A stretch of DNA of 63,298 nt, filler included, from Octopus bimaculoides (lineage: Eukaryota), in NCBI RefSeq assembly GCF_001194135.2. It is 8 parts of 6 records of this genome, joined end to end, with 100 filler letters (N's around TTAATTAATTAA, not from the genome) between each part and the next. Parts side by side here need not be neighbours in the genome. Positions count along the whole stretch, not along the records: positions 17,656 to 39,796 come from NC_068991.1; 7 more parts are not named here. The stretch is one strand, 5' to 3'. Of the stretch, positions 24,430 through 36,094 are shown piece by piece (within the stretch, counting starts at the first letter, position 1; each line of letters starts with the position of its first letter). Made by a program: the position numbers and the translations under genes. The notes under the pieces were generated by a model, which had not been told where the DNA came from, did no database searches, and saw only the letters and a program-made list of their open reading frames with translations.

Positions 24430-24732
24430 TATTATTCATTTGCTAGTGTTGGTGCCATGTAAAAAGCACCCAGGTCACTCTGTAAAGTGGTTGGCATTAG
24501 GAAAGGCATCCAGTGTAAAAACCATGCCAAAACAGACCTTACCAGAGCTGGAGACACATAAAAAGCATTCAATCCACTATGTAAGGAGGTTGGCATTAGG
24601 AAGGCATCCAGTTGTAAAAGCCATGTTAAAACAGTCAGTGAAGCCTGGCTTGCTAGCTCCTGAGAAACCATCCAATCCATACTAGCATGGAAAATGGACG
24701 TTAAATGATGATGATGATGATGATGATGATGG
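24430..24732 (+). mobile_element. RTE 3'-UTR remnant with (GAT)n tail
   Basis: ggcattaggaaggcatccag..catggaaaatggacgttaaatgatgatg. Confidence 0.7.
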
Positions 24733-25194
24733 TGAATGATGACAATTATCCATTAATGTTAATACCCATAAACTGTACATGTAGAGGAGTATGTAATAGC
24801 TGCTCACAGTAATACTCTATGCAATGAATGATGTAGAAGCCACAAGTATGAATGCTAGAATGGACAGATGTGTGAAAAGAATAGACTGGATGACTGCTAC
24901 AATTTCACTAACTTGCATGTGACTTATGTCTCTTTTGACCAACTACCATTTATTAATTTCTTCATTTATTTTTAATCCAAGATGGCAGTGACTGCTCTTG
25001 TTCCATATTAACATCATGCAAATATAAGATATAGGTAAGGTTCGATGAGCTATGTTGTTTCTTGTAAGTTTTCAACTAAAATGAACACTCAATGATTGAA
25101 ATGTTATAACAGTTGATGAAACTTATAACTTCATCCCATTTAGTTCAAGTTAACCAAGTTAAATTATTTGAATTTCAGTGTACTTTGTATGTGG

Positions 25195-25460
25195 GTTTTT
25201 TGTGTGTGTGTGTGTTTGTGCGTGCGCGTGTGTGTGTGTGCGTATGTGTGTGTGTGTGTGCGTGCGTGTGCACGCGTGCGTGTGTGCGTGCATGTGTGTG
25301 CATGTATTTATGCATGTATGTATGCACATAAGTACATATGCATATATGTAAGCACATATGCATGTATGTATGTATGCATGTATGAATGTATGCACATATG
25401 TACATATGTAAGTATGTATGTATATGGTTTTGTACATATGCATGTATGTATGCATGTATA
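25195..25460. repeat. Compound (TG)n/(TATG)n microsatellite
   Basis: Direct reading. Confidence 0.9.
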
Positions 25461-26351
25461 GCAAGATATGTTAGCACTGTTTTGTTGTGATGGCATAGCA
25501 TAGTCATGCTACACCCAAAACATCCAATCACTGCTGGCCGTGGAAGGATACACATGACCCATTGGTGAAGCACAAGTTTTGAAAGGCAAGAATCAGTTCC
25601 TGAGAAGACATTGAGATGTAAACACATCAGAAAACAACATTCATACACCTATGGGATTTTTACCTCACCTCACAACCACTACAAAACTCATTGGATATTT
25701 TAGATTTACAGCCAAGTACTGAATCTAACTACCTTGATGTTTATTAAGAAATTGACCCATGTCTCACTACACCCTGTTGCCTTGAACACTTAACTCTGAT
25801 GTACCTACCACTTTATGTGTGACCACGAAATAAATTGTGATGTTCATTTGCATAAAAAACATTGTCTTCTGATATTTATCTTTACATCCATGTAAACACT
25901 TATATCTGGAACCTTCTTACATACACACTATCCTAGCCAACGTGGCATCATGTTTCTAATCTTCCTCTTGTTATACATGTAGGTATGTATGTAAATATGT
26001 ATGCATGTATGTACATATGCATATATCCATGTATGTGTGCATCTAGTACATATGCACATATGTATGTATGCACATGTGTATGTATGTATTTATCTATGTA
26101 CATATAGCCATCTATATATCATACTTAATGCATATATAATGTTGACAGGCAAGATACTGCAGTTTTCATTTGGGATAATATCTTTTATAAACATGCTGCG
26201 ACAAAAACAACATAAAAATTGCCCAGGTAGTGGCTAGTAAAAACACCAGATGCAGTTCAACATCCAGGCTTTGTCAATGACATGTACTCACAACCACATG
26301 CCTAGACAGAATTTGTTTCCTCTAATACAGGAAACAGTGAATAATATAAGC

Positions 26352-26515
26352 ATCTGTGTAGCTGTGTGATAAGAAGCTTGCTTCCTAATCATGTGGTTCG
26401 GACTTCAATCCCACTGCATGGCATTTTGAGCAAGTGTCTTCAGCTATAGCCTTGGGTTGACCAAAGCCTTGAGTGGATTTAGTAGATGGAAACTGAAAGA
26501 AGCCCATCGAATATG
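26352..26515 (+). mobile_element. SINE S1
   Basis: Aligns with 17347-17515. Confidence 0.75.
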
Positions 26516-26589
26516 TATATGTATAAAGAGTAAAGGGTAAAGACCCCCTCCAGTCATGACCAAAGGGGGTCTTTACCCTTTACCCTTTA

Positions 26590-26905
26590 TATAATGCCCA
26601 TGGAACTGCATCTCAAACGTTCCTCTCCGAGGCACAAGTCCAGGCAAGGTTGTTAATGGAAGACCAACAATCGCCCGTGCTTACCAGTCTCCCCTCTCCG
26701 TGCCACTGATGTAATCCAAGGGAATGACAAAACCCAATACAGCTTGGTACCAGTGATATTGCACTCATTTCTATAGCTGAATGAACTGGAGCAACATGAA
26801 ATAAAGTGTCTTGCTCAAGAACACAACACACAGCTCAGTCCAGGAATCAAACTCACAACCTCTTGATTGTGAGCTCTATGCTCTAACTGCTGAGTCATGC
26901 ACCTT
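26590..26905 (-). mobile_element. SINE S3 variant
   Basis: Reverse complement of 16325-16632. Confidence 0.78.
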
Positions 26906-27164
26906 CATGTTCGTGTGTTTGTTTTGCAAGATTCCTGATGTGAAATATTGTTATATTTCAGGATGGTCATTTTTTTCTTGCCAAACAAACACATGCATTA
27001 TGTATTCATTCCTCACTTGTTTATTATTGTTCTTATTTTATGTTCCTTGTCTGGAAATCTTTCATCACACACCTGTGACTTCTTCAATGACCCTCCATTC
27101 CACATCTCCCCCTGTTGTGTTTAGTCCATTCTATATATGTGTATATATCTATGTGTGTGTCTTT

Positions 27165-27375
27165 GTGTCTGTGTTTGTCCCCCACCACTGCTTGACAACT
27201 GGTGTTAGTATGTTTATGTCCCTGTAACTTAGTGGTTCAGCAACAGAGACTGATAGAATAAGTTCTAGGCTTTGAAAAATAAGTCCTAGAGTTGATTTGT
27301 TCGACTAAAAAACCCTTCAAGGAAGTACCCCAGCATATCTGTAGTCAAAATGACTGAAACAAGTAAAAGATAAAA
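27165..27375 (+). mobile_element. SINE segment S2
   Basis: tttgtcccccaccactgcttgacaac..gaaacaagtaaaaga. Confidence 0.78.
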
Positions 27376-27688
27376 GGTAACACATTCACTGATATTGCAA
27401 TTAGTCACTTGGGTTGAATAAAAATCTGGTATGCACAATCAAAGCAGCATTAAATTTAAATAGTCACCTATGTGTTATACTTAATGTATCTAAAACATTG
27501 ACAGGCAAGAGACTGTGGTTTTTATGAGATAAAAATATGCTGTGTTAAAAGCACAAGATATATTCAGTTTCCTATACTGGAAGTGAGAAATTTCATCTAG
27601 GTATGTGGCTGCAAACATCTTGCCTGTCAATGGTGTATATATATTAATTATGTTACATAGCTCTTTTAATTTAAAGCTGCTTCAATTG

Positions 27689-27732
<44 letters not shown>

Positions 27733-27957
27733 CATGTGTGTATGTATGATCATCATCTTCACATATACATATTCAATAAGTTTCTTCAGTTTCTGCCTGC
27801 CAATTTCAATCATGAGGTGTTTGTTAACCCTTGGATATAATAAAGGACACCACCTAACTGTCTACACAGTGGGACTGATCCCCTAACTGTGTGCTTCCAA
27901 AGTGAATTTATCAGCCACACAGCCATGCTTGTGTCTATATTTATATGTATATGTATA

Positions 27958-28175
27958 AGGCAGCGAGCTGGCAGAATCATTAGCACGCCAGGCGAAATGC
28001 TTAGCGGTATTTCGTGTCTTAACATTCTGAGTTCAAACTCCGCTGAGGTTGACTTTGCTTTTCATCCTTTCGAGGTCAATTAAATAAGTACCAGTTATGC
28101 ACTGGAGTCGATGTAATCGACTTAATCCCTTTGTTTGTCCCCTCTATGTTTAGCCCCCTGCGGGCAATAAAGAAA
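27958..28175 (+). mobile_element. tRNA-derived SINE S4
   Basis: gctggcagaatcattagcacgcc..gagttcaaactcc..ctttcatcctttcgaggtc..aagtaccag; reverse copy at 53510-53672. Confidence 0.8.
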
Positions 28176-28734
28176 TATATATTTATATGTATATGCTTCA
28201 CTGATATTGCACCCACCAAATCTTAACAAAAGGTAACAAACCATGCCCTATCCAATTATCTGGTAGTAGTACAAGTAGTTAGATACAATTTCATGGAATG
28301 AAGAAGAGAGAGATAAGTCTTCTTCTGGACAGGAATCCTGTCTCTGTTTGATAACTTTCCCAAATAATCTGGTGCCAACTTATGACCTGTGAGCTGGTTA
28401 CTTGTAAGTTCTCTTCATGTTGCCTCAACTAAGTATAGTTAAAAGAAAATTGTGTTTAATTTTGTGTCAGTGCTACAATAATTCTAAATAAAAAAAAGCA
28501 GCTGAGTACTGTGAAAATAATTGTCATCTCTTGAAATATTAAAAAAATAATGTCATTATCTATAATTTGAACCATATAGCAGGTTGCAATAATACATCTG
28601 AAACTAATAAGCAAAGTGTGTTTAGCTTGAGTCATTTATGAAAGTATTTCCTTTATAGTAACTAACCATAAAAATATGACTGAGGCATTCAGTGACTGGA
28701 GAAAATATAGCATGTGATATTTATATAATACTAT

Positions 28735-28940
28735 CTTTTATTTTTTACTTGTTTCAGTCGTTAAAATGCAGCCATGCTGGAGCACTGCCTTGATGAATTT
28801 TTTAGTCAAATGAATTGACTCCAGTACTTACTTTCTTTAAACCAGCTACTTATTCTATTGGTCTCATTTGCCAAGCAGCTAAGTTACAGAATGTAAATAC
28901 ACTAACACCAGTTATCAAGCAGTGATGGGGTACAAAAAAG

Positions 28941-28972
<32 letters not shown>

Positions 28973-29135
28973 ACAATGGGCTTCTTCCAGTTTCCATCTA
29001 CCAAATCCATTCACAGGGCTTTGGTCAGCCCGAGGCTATAGTAGAAGACACTTGTCCAAGGTGCCATGCAGTGGGACTAAACCCAGAACCATGTGATTGG
29101 GAAGCAAGCTTCTTACCACACAGCCACACTTGTGC
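28735..29135 (-). mobile_element. Composite SINE S1-(TG)n-S2
   Basis: Both segments reversed and joined by (CA)n at 28941-28975. Confidence 0.78.
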
Positions 29136-29149
29136 CTAAAAAGTGTGAG

Positions 29150-29268
29150 AGGCTTACAGCACCTAGGTTTTCCAAGTGGTTACCCATCTCAGTATTAACT
29201 AGGCTCAATGTTGCTTAACTTTGGTGATCGGACAAGAACCAATGCATTCAATGTGATTAAGAATCATA
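29150..29268 (-). pseudogene. 5S rRNA pseudogene (or 5S-derived SINE head)
   Basis: Minus strand atcacattgaatgcattggttcttgtccgatcaccaaagttaagcaacattgagcctagttaatactgagatgggtaaccacttggaaaacctaggtgctgtaagc matches 5S rRNA, with CpG-type decay. Confidence 0.85.
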
Positions 29269-29402
29269 CCCAAGTAGATAATATAGTAAACTGTGTGAGA
29301 ATGTAGAGACACTAACTGTATGGAAATAAAGTAAAAATAATTATCTGTACTATTGTCTTTCCTTAAATAGTAGAAACTGTAATGAAATAAAAATATAAAT
29401 TT

Positions 29403-30974
29403 TCAGATTGGAAAGATTCTTTCAAGAATTATTTTAGCATTATGGTTACCTTCCAACATGTTTTGATGCTCTTTCAGTGATTTACTCTTCACAATTGCTT
29501 CTTCACAGGCTCTTTGGATTTTAATCAATTCTTGTTTGGAAACTTTCACTTCTTCATTATCTTCAGTTAGTTCTTTCTTCATTTTATTGTATTCTTGTTC
29601 AGCTTTTAGTTTCATATCTGACATTTGTTCCAGAAGACATACAATTTGTTTATCTTGGTTATCCACTTTGTCACAAAGTTTTGAGACTAGGTTTTGATAG
29701 GTTTTCACTGATGCCTCATACTGCCCATAGACTTTATCAGAAGCAGCAGCAACTGAATAATATTCAGCTTGCTGTTTTGCCAATTCTTCTTCCTTTCGAC
29801 TGAGCTTAGCCTGGAGATCTTTAAAATTTTTGTATTTTTCTTCCATTGTCATCATTTCAGAAAAATGTTTCTGAGAGATTTCTGAGACCTTCTGTTGCAT
29901 CTCTCCAACAAGAGAAGTAAGTTCATCAAGTTTAGCATCTTTCTCACTGATGGTACCTGATTTTTCTTCTAACTCCTTTTTCAGTAAATTAGTCTCAATT
30001 TCTTTCTCAGAAACGTTCTCTTTCATGCTGGTAACAATTTGTGTCAGTTCATTATTTGAATTCAGATAAATCTCAACAAGTGAGGATTTCTCTGATAAAG
30101 ATTTTGTTAATTCACAGATTCTCTTGTCCTTTTCACCAAGTTGTACACCAATTTGTTCCACTTCTTTAAATGTCTCCAAATACCTTTCCTCCAATGATAA
30201 AGTATGTACTTTGGTTAGTTCTTCAAAATCACCCTTTAATTTACTTTCTTGTTCAATGACATTTTGATTTAGTTTAGGTTTAAAAGTAGTTACAAGCTCT
30301 TTGGAATCTGCAATTTCTAGCTCTAATTTTTCTAAAATGTTCTGTTTTTCTCTTGCAAGTTCCTCAGGCAGCTTTGTCAGTTCCTTCTTATTTGCTGCAT
30401 TTTCCTCCAGTTGAGATTTTAATACTGTAATGCAATCAAGTTGTTTTTCTAAGGCAGCTTTGGTTTCTTCCAATGACTGTTTTGCTATTGCGTAACTTTC
30501 AAGTGCTTTTTCTTGCTCCACTAATGTATCTTGCAATTTTTTGTATTCCAAGACAATGTCTTTAAACCAATTTTTTAACAGACTACTCAGGTTCTCATTT
30601 ATTTCTTCAAGATGTGCTGACTGAGAACTAACTTGGATCTGTAAACATTCACAATCATTTGAAGTTTCTTCAACACAATGACATAGTTTCTGAGGCAAGA
30701 AACTAGCAACACTATTTTCCTTAGTGGGTAAGTTCATATTTTCTGTCAAAATACTGGCCTCCACTGCATGAATAATTTTGTCTAGAATGTCCTGCAGAGA
30801 ATATTTTACTTGAGCAACTCTTCCTTGGTTTTGTTGAAGTTCTGATTTGTATTTTGCTTCAGTTTGCTGCCAATTAGATTCTGTCACACAAATAGATTCA
30901 AGATCTTTTTGCAGTATTAAATCATTGTTGGGTTTCAGATTTAGAGATTCTTCCCACAACTTCAATGATTTTGA
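29403..30974 (-). CDS. Large exon B (paralog of exon A); ends in a frameshift stop with no donor, so alternative last exon or pseudo-exon
   Basis: attttag/TCA acceptor homologous to A; open 523 codons; 2 nt fewer than A near 29430 gives TGA at 29403-29405; homology to A ends there. Confidence 0.7.
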   Translation of the reverse strand, partial: SKSLKLWEESLNLKPNNDLILQKDLESICVTESNWQQTEAKYKSELQQNQGRVAQVKYSLQDILDKIIHAVEASILTENMNLPTKENSVASFLPQKLCHCVEETSNDCECLQIQVSSQSAHLEEINENLSSLLKNWFKDIVLEYKKLQDTLVEQEKALESYAIAKQSLEETKAALEKQLDCITVLKSQLEENAANKKELTKLPEELAREKQNILEKLELEIADSKELVTTFKPKLNQNVIEQESKLKGDFEELTKVHTLSLEERYLETFKEVEQIGVQLGEKDKRICELTKSLSEKSSLVEIYLNSNNELTQIVTSMKENVSEKEIETNLLKKELEEKSGTISEKDAKLDELTSLVGEMQQKVSEISQKHFSEMMTMEEKYKNFKDLQAKLSRKEEELAKQQAEYYSVAAASDKVYGQYEASVKTYQNLVSKLCDKVDNQDKQIVCLLEQMSDMKLKAEQEYNKMKKELTEDNEEVKVSKQELIKIQRACEEAIVKSKSLKEHQNMLEGNHNAKIILERIFPI

Positions 30975-31352
30975 CTAAAATATAATTAAAAAATGATAAA
31001 AATATATATCTTAAAATTTAGATAGAGTAGCATTGAATTATTTTCATAGTGAACTAAATGTGAATAAAGAATAAAGTTTAACTGTAAATAACTGAAATGA
31101 AGTGTTACTGTGAAAATGGTAATACAGGAATTTAACTAAACCATTATTAAGTGCATTGTAGATTTCACTATTTGGTAATAAAAAATTAGAATGCCTCCAG
31201 TTGAACTGAAGTCACTTGAAAAACTAATGTTAAGATATTGAGAAAATATATGTACATATTAGACCCTACCATATTACAAAATAAAGGAATATAATGCAGT
31301 TCTAGATATACTGTATATGACTAGAGACAAGATAATCATGACTGGAAAACTT

Positions 31353-31579
31353 TTAACCCTTAGCTTCAAATTACTGTCAAATGTAATGCTTATTTATTCA
31401 TATTGATTATAATTTAATCATGCATTATCTCATCGTTTTAAAATTTTGATGATGTGATTATTTATTTTTATAACTGACATTGTGGGGGTAGGTGTGAGGA
31501 ACAAGATCTGGCAGGTTTAAACATAAAACAGATATAATATTTGGGTCAGATATGGTCAGTTTAAATGCTAAAGGATTAA
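31353..31579. mobile_element. TTAA-flanked piggyBac-like MITE
   Basis: Aligns with 22437-22666, same orientation. Confidence 0.75.
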
Positions 31580-31672
31580 TCAATGGACTGCTTGATTAAG
31601 GCAGAGCTGAGGCTAATGACCACAAATACTATACATACTTCTAATATTAAACATATTCAGAAAGAATCTTAC

Positions 31673-31836
31673 TTCTAAAATGTCTTGTTCAGAAGTAGGT
31701 TTTGAAGGACCAATCTTTAACTGTTTATGAATATCTGGATCAATCCATGTTGGCTTGATGTTTCCCAATTCACTCTTCAATTCAGTTATTAAATGGTCTG
31801 TTATAACACTCACATTTTCTTCAGATAGTGGGTTTT
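31673..31836 (-). CDS. Small exon b1 (164 nt, paralog of a1)
   Basis: ttttcag/AA acceptor, GAA/gtaaga donor, NPLSEENVSVITDHLITELKSELGNIKPTWIDPDIHKQLK..DILE. Confidence 0.82.
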
Positions 31837-32024
31837 CTGAAAATCAAAATTATTTATTAACTAACATTCATCATATACATGACACTTCTGTCCATTATCC
31901 ATCAAGGCCCACTGCAAGAACTTTTACAATTAAACATTGTTTACAATGAAGTTAGAACATTTTAAACCACAGTCATATGAGGAATGCAAATCTACTTTTG
32001 GAGACCCAGCCATCATCATCATCA

Positions 32025-32361
32025 CCATCATCCTCATTTATCGTCCACTTTCCATGCTGGCATGGGTTGAATGGTTTGACTGGGGACTGGCAAGCCAGGA
32101 AGCTGCACCAGGCTCCAGTCTGATCTGGCAATGGTTCTACAGCTGGATGCCCTTTTTAATGCCAACCACTCCTAGAGTGTAGTGGGTGCTTTTTACATAC
32201 CACCGGCACAGGAGCCAGTCAAGCAGCACTGGCATCAGCCACATTCGGATGGTGCTTTTTACGTGTTACTGGCGCAGGAGCCAGTCGGGACGGGGCTGAG
32301 TGTTATCATCAACCACGTTCGGATAGTGCTTTTTACAGGAGCCAGACAGGAGGCACTGACA
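32025..32361 (-). mobile_element. RTE 3'-UTR remnant with internal tandem repeats
   Basis: catcatc..tttccatgctggcatgggtt..ctggatgccc; repeated ggtgcttttac..ggagccagtc units. Confidence 0.7.
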
Positions 32362-32499
32362 NNNNNNNNNNNNNNNNNNNNNNNNNNNNNNNNNNNNNNN
32401 NNNNNNNNNNNNNNNNNNNNNNNNNNNNNNNNNNNNNNNNNNNNNNNNNNNNNNNNNNNNNNNNNNNNNNNNNNNNNNNNATATATATATATATATATA

Positions 32500-33037
32500 T
32501 ATAATATATTGTTCTTTCTTATGAAAAATATAGAACTGCTTAAGAAGTGCTCGAGTCAAACCCTAGACAAAAGATAAGAATTAAGATATAAACTCAAATT
32601 AGATAATCATACTCATACAGTCATAAATTCGACTTAAAATACGTATACATATATTAATACATATCGATACATATCAATATTTTTTAAAATATTTATAAAA
32701 TATAAATATATAAATATACATAAAAATACATGTAAATAAAATTCATGTGAGATACATATGGAAGGAAGTTTGAGAAAAGGAGAACTGATAAAAAATTTTT
32801 TGTACTAAAATTAAGAGCGGTAAAGAGTTTCAATTAAAAGATCCATAGAGTTCGATGTGTTTTCTAAAAATATATAAATGGTATATAAGGTATATATAAT
32901 ACAGTTCGAGGAAGTCCAATTTCTACGGCCGTTTCCAGAGTTCATGTCCTTGTAGAAAAATTAATAAAAAATCTTACAAATCATGCGGACAATGTCCTCC
33001 TCATCAGAAAAAGTATTCTCATAAAACCACATTCTTA
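32500..33037 (-). repeat. Hammerhead-bearing AT-rich repeat (Penelope pLTR-like), left arm
   Basis: Reverse complement of 36095-36530. Confidence 0.75.
32919..33012 (-). ncRNA. Minimal type I hammerhead motif (imperfect stem II, long loop II)
   Basis: Minus strand tttt-CTGATGA-ggag...ctctg-GAAA-C-GGCC-GTA-gaaat; palindrome ACGGCCGT. Confidence 0.6.
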
Positions 33038-35183
33038 TTTTTTTTATTACCCTCTAGGGGTCAACAAAGATGGGACAATACAATTTGATGGGGTCAGATG
33101 GTTTACAAAGAGATGAAAGTGTTTAAAAATTAATGACATATAAAATCGGATGTATATATAAACACAAGATACAAAACAATGAAGTGGGGACACAAGTTCT
33201 GTTTTGACCCCACAAGACCCATGCCACCACTGATACCTTAGGTAAATCCTTTATGGGATATTCATGTGGGTTTATTCATTCATAACATCCATACCACACT
33301 CTTCCATCTTTTCCAAAACACAACAGCTGACAGGCATCTCCTCTCCAGCCCCATTTTCCTTTTCAGATGAAAAATGAAAAGATTCACCATTGCAGGGCCA
33401 GAGACGAAGGTGCCAGTCGCAAATCCTTTCATTCTAGTTTTCCATACAGTCTCTTTCGCAACTGCCACTACTATAAGAAAACAAATCTTACCTTCTTTAC
33501 TTAAAGAGGCAGGTGGGTCAATTTTTACAATTGACTCAGCAGACAGCTGTACTCTTCCAACACTTGACAACAGTTGTTCAACATAAGTCCACAGATCCAA
33601 CACACCCAAACGTTGCACAATCGCATTGAAGATGGTTTCCCTATCCTGCAAACATCTTGGGCAAGTCAGTGAGATGGGGCAGCCATGCCTTGCAAGCTTA
33701 TCCTGGACAGGTAAGGTGCCTTGATAACACTGCCAGGCCAGGGATTACTGGAAATGATCCAGGGACCCCGGCCTGAATGTTCTTTGGAACAGACTGGTGA
33801 GATGATCATTGTCAAGGCCTAGGGTCTCCCCTAAGGTATCACCACACTTCAACTCTACTAACCTTCTATAGAATGACACAGTTGAATTGCCACTACTAGC
33901 ATTGCCCAAGTGAAAGAAAAGTACAAGAACCCTTCAGCACTCCATGTACCAAGTGCCCAACTTCTACAATAGACCCAGGATTCCAGTCCACAAAAATGTG
34001 TGAACTTGGGAAATGTTGATTTAGCAAGCAGAGACCACACCTGTTCACCAGCCAGGCAGAGCCACAGATGCCTCAGCCTCAGTGCATCACCAGCCATGGC
34101 ATCAGCCAACTCTTTAACGGTTGTTGGCAGCAGATAGAGGGCCTCACAAGTGGTCTTTTGCCCTTCCATAAAAAGCGAAAGAGCAGTCATTCCAACTTGG
34201 TCAGCACAACAGTTCAGTGGTAAATAATCACTGATGCCATAAACACATTGGCAACCTCTGCCCTCCCTTTCAGTGATAACTACTGCCCAGACTAGGTCTG
34301 GGTTAGGTGGGTCACTCAGCTTGATATTTTGATACCACCAATTCTTCTCTATTTGGATATCTGGTCCAAACCAGACCGCTAGCAGTTTAATCGGACCCTC
34401 CGTCCAACATCACACAACGCTTTAAGAGGTATCAAATTGCCCCTTCAGGTGCCAAGTTGCAAGCCGATTGACTACTCAAGATTTACCTTTGCTCCTGCCA
34501 CCATCTCATATTCCTTAATGGCATTGCCTACCCTCTGTAGGTGTTCCTCTTCAGATACGATGATGGTGATATCATCCGCGTATGTTGTTACTGATTTTCC
34601 ACATCCTGGTTCTCTCGGGATGCCCCTCAGCACCTTGAGCTTTTGCAGTAATGGTTCAAGAGACAATACATACAAAAGTGGGGAGAGGGGACACCCTTGG
34701 CAAACCGGGCATTTGATGTAGAATGGCTTTGAGAGGAAACCATTCACTCAAACAATTGAGTCGATGTTGCCATACATAGCAATGATCAACCTAAGGATTT
34801 CCGGTCCCAAGCCAAACACCGCAAAAACTGACACCAGGTACCAATGATCAACTCTATCAAAAGCCTTAGCTTGGTCTAAATGGAGTAGTGCCCCACTCGT
34901 GCCAGATTTGCTATTATTCCCCTCTAAGGTATAGCGTATAAGATGGAGATTGTCCTGAATGGATCTGTCAGGAATGGCACAGGTTTGTGCATCCCAACTA
35001 GACCATCCATGACATGCACCAACCTTTTTGCTAAAACCCTGGCCAAAATCTTTAACTCTGTATTTAACAGAATGATGGGCCGAAAATTATCTACTGAGTC
35101 TCCCTTGTTTGGGTTCTTTCTAACCAGCCTCACCACTCCCTGGCATACAGATCTGGGAATGAATCCATTCTGTTGCCAGTTCG
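33038..35183 (-). mobile_element. Degenerate 5'-truncated Tx1/L1-clade LINE
   Basis: NFRPIILLNTELKILARVLAKRL; QGCPLSPLLYVLSLEPLL..YADDITI; C-terminus AKETVWKTR; aataaa plus A-run at 33038-33048. Confidence 0.88.
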
Positions 35184-36094
35184 CAAAGATGTATGCAAAG
35201 GCACTTGTACTATTCTATCACTTGGGCAATGCCATCAGTGATGGTTCAACTGCATCATTCTATAGAGGGATGGTAGAGTTGAAGCATGATGATACCTTAG
35301 GGGAGATCCTGGGCCTCAATGATAATCATCTCACCAGCCTATTCTGAAGAACATTTGAGTTGAGGACCCTGGATAATTTTCAGAAGTCCCTGACCTGACA
35401 ATGTTACCAAGAAGCCTTTCCTTTCCAGGATAAGCTCGCAAGGCATGGCTGCCCCATCTCACTGACTTGCCCAAGATGTGTGCAGGATAGAGAAACCATC
35501 CTCAATGTGATTGTGCATTGTTTGGGTGTGTTGGATCTGTGGACTTATTGAACATCTGTTGCCAAGTGTTGGAAGAGTACAGCTGTCTGCTGAGTCAATT
35601 GTAAAAATTAACCCACCTGCCTCTTTAAGTAAAGAAGGTAAGAACTGTTTTCTCATTGTAGTAGCAATTGCAAAAGAGACTGTATGGAAAACTAGAATGA
35701 AAGGATGTGTGACCGGCAATTTCATCTCTGGCCCTACATTGGTGACTTTTTTCACCTTTCATCTGAAAAGGAAGATAGGGCTGGAGAGAAGATGCCTGTC
35801 AGCTGTTGTGTTTGCGTAAAGATGGAAGAGTGTAGTACGAATGTTGAGAATGGACGTACCATTATGAATACTACATAAAGGAGTTACAGAGTCTGAGTGG
35901 TGGAATGGAGCTTGTGATTTCCAAGCAGAATCCATTCCCCAACTCCATTGTACATGTGATTTTGTTTGTCTAATTTCATTCGATTTTATTATATCAGAAA
36001 TTTGTTTTAAATCACACGTCTCATTGTTAAATCATTCGACCCTGTCAATTGTATCATCCCCTCTTTGTTGATCCCCAGTGAGCAATAAAAAAAA
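35184..36094 (+). mobile_element. Tx1/L1-clade LINE 3' fragment, head-to-head with the previous copy
   Basis: ORF 35511-35819 paralogous to 33280-33651; ends gcaataaaaaaaa at 36094. Confidence 0.85.

Noticed and set aside
25113-25648. His/Thr/Cys/Val/Tyr-rich ORFs here and elsewhere (e.g. 13189-13512, 47423-47704, 49949-50320)
   Set aside because: Translations of microsatellites.
28395-28430. 27-nt candidate micro-exon LRQHEENLQ between modules B and A
   Set aside because: Its phase (0-0) does not fit a1 (phase 1), and B has no donor; too short to support.
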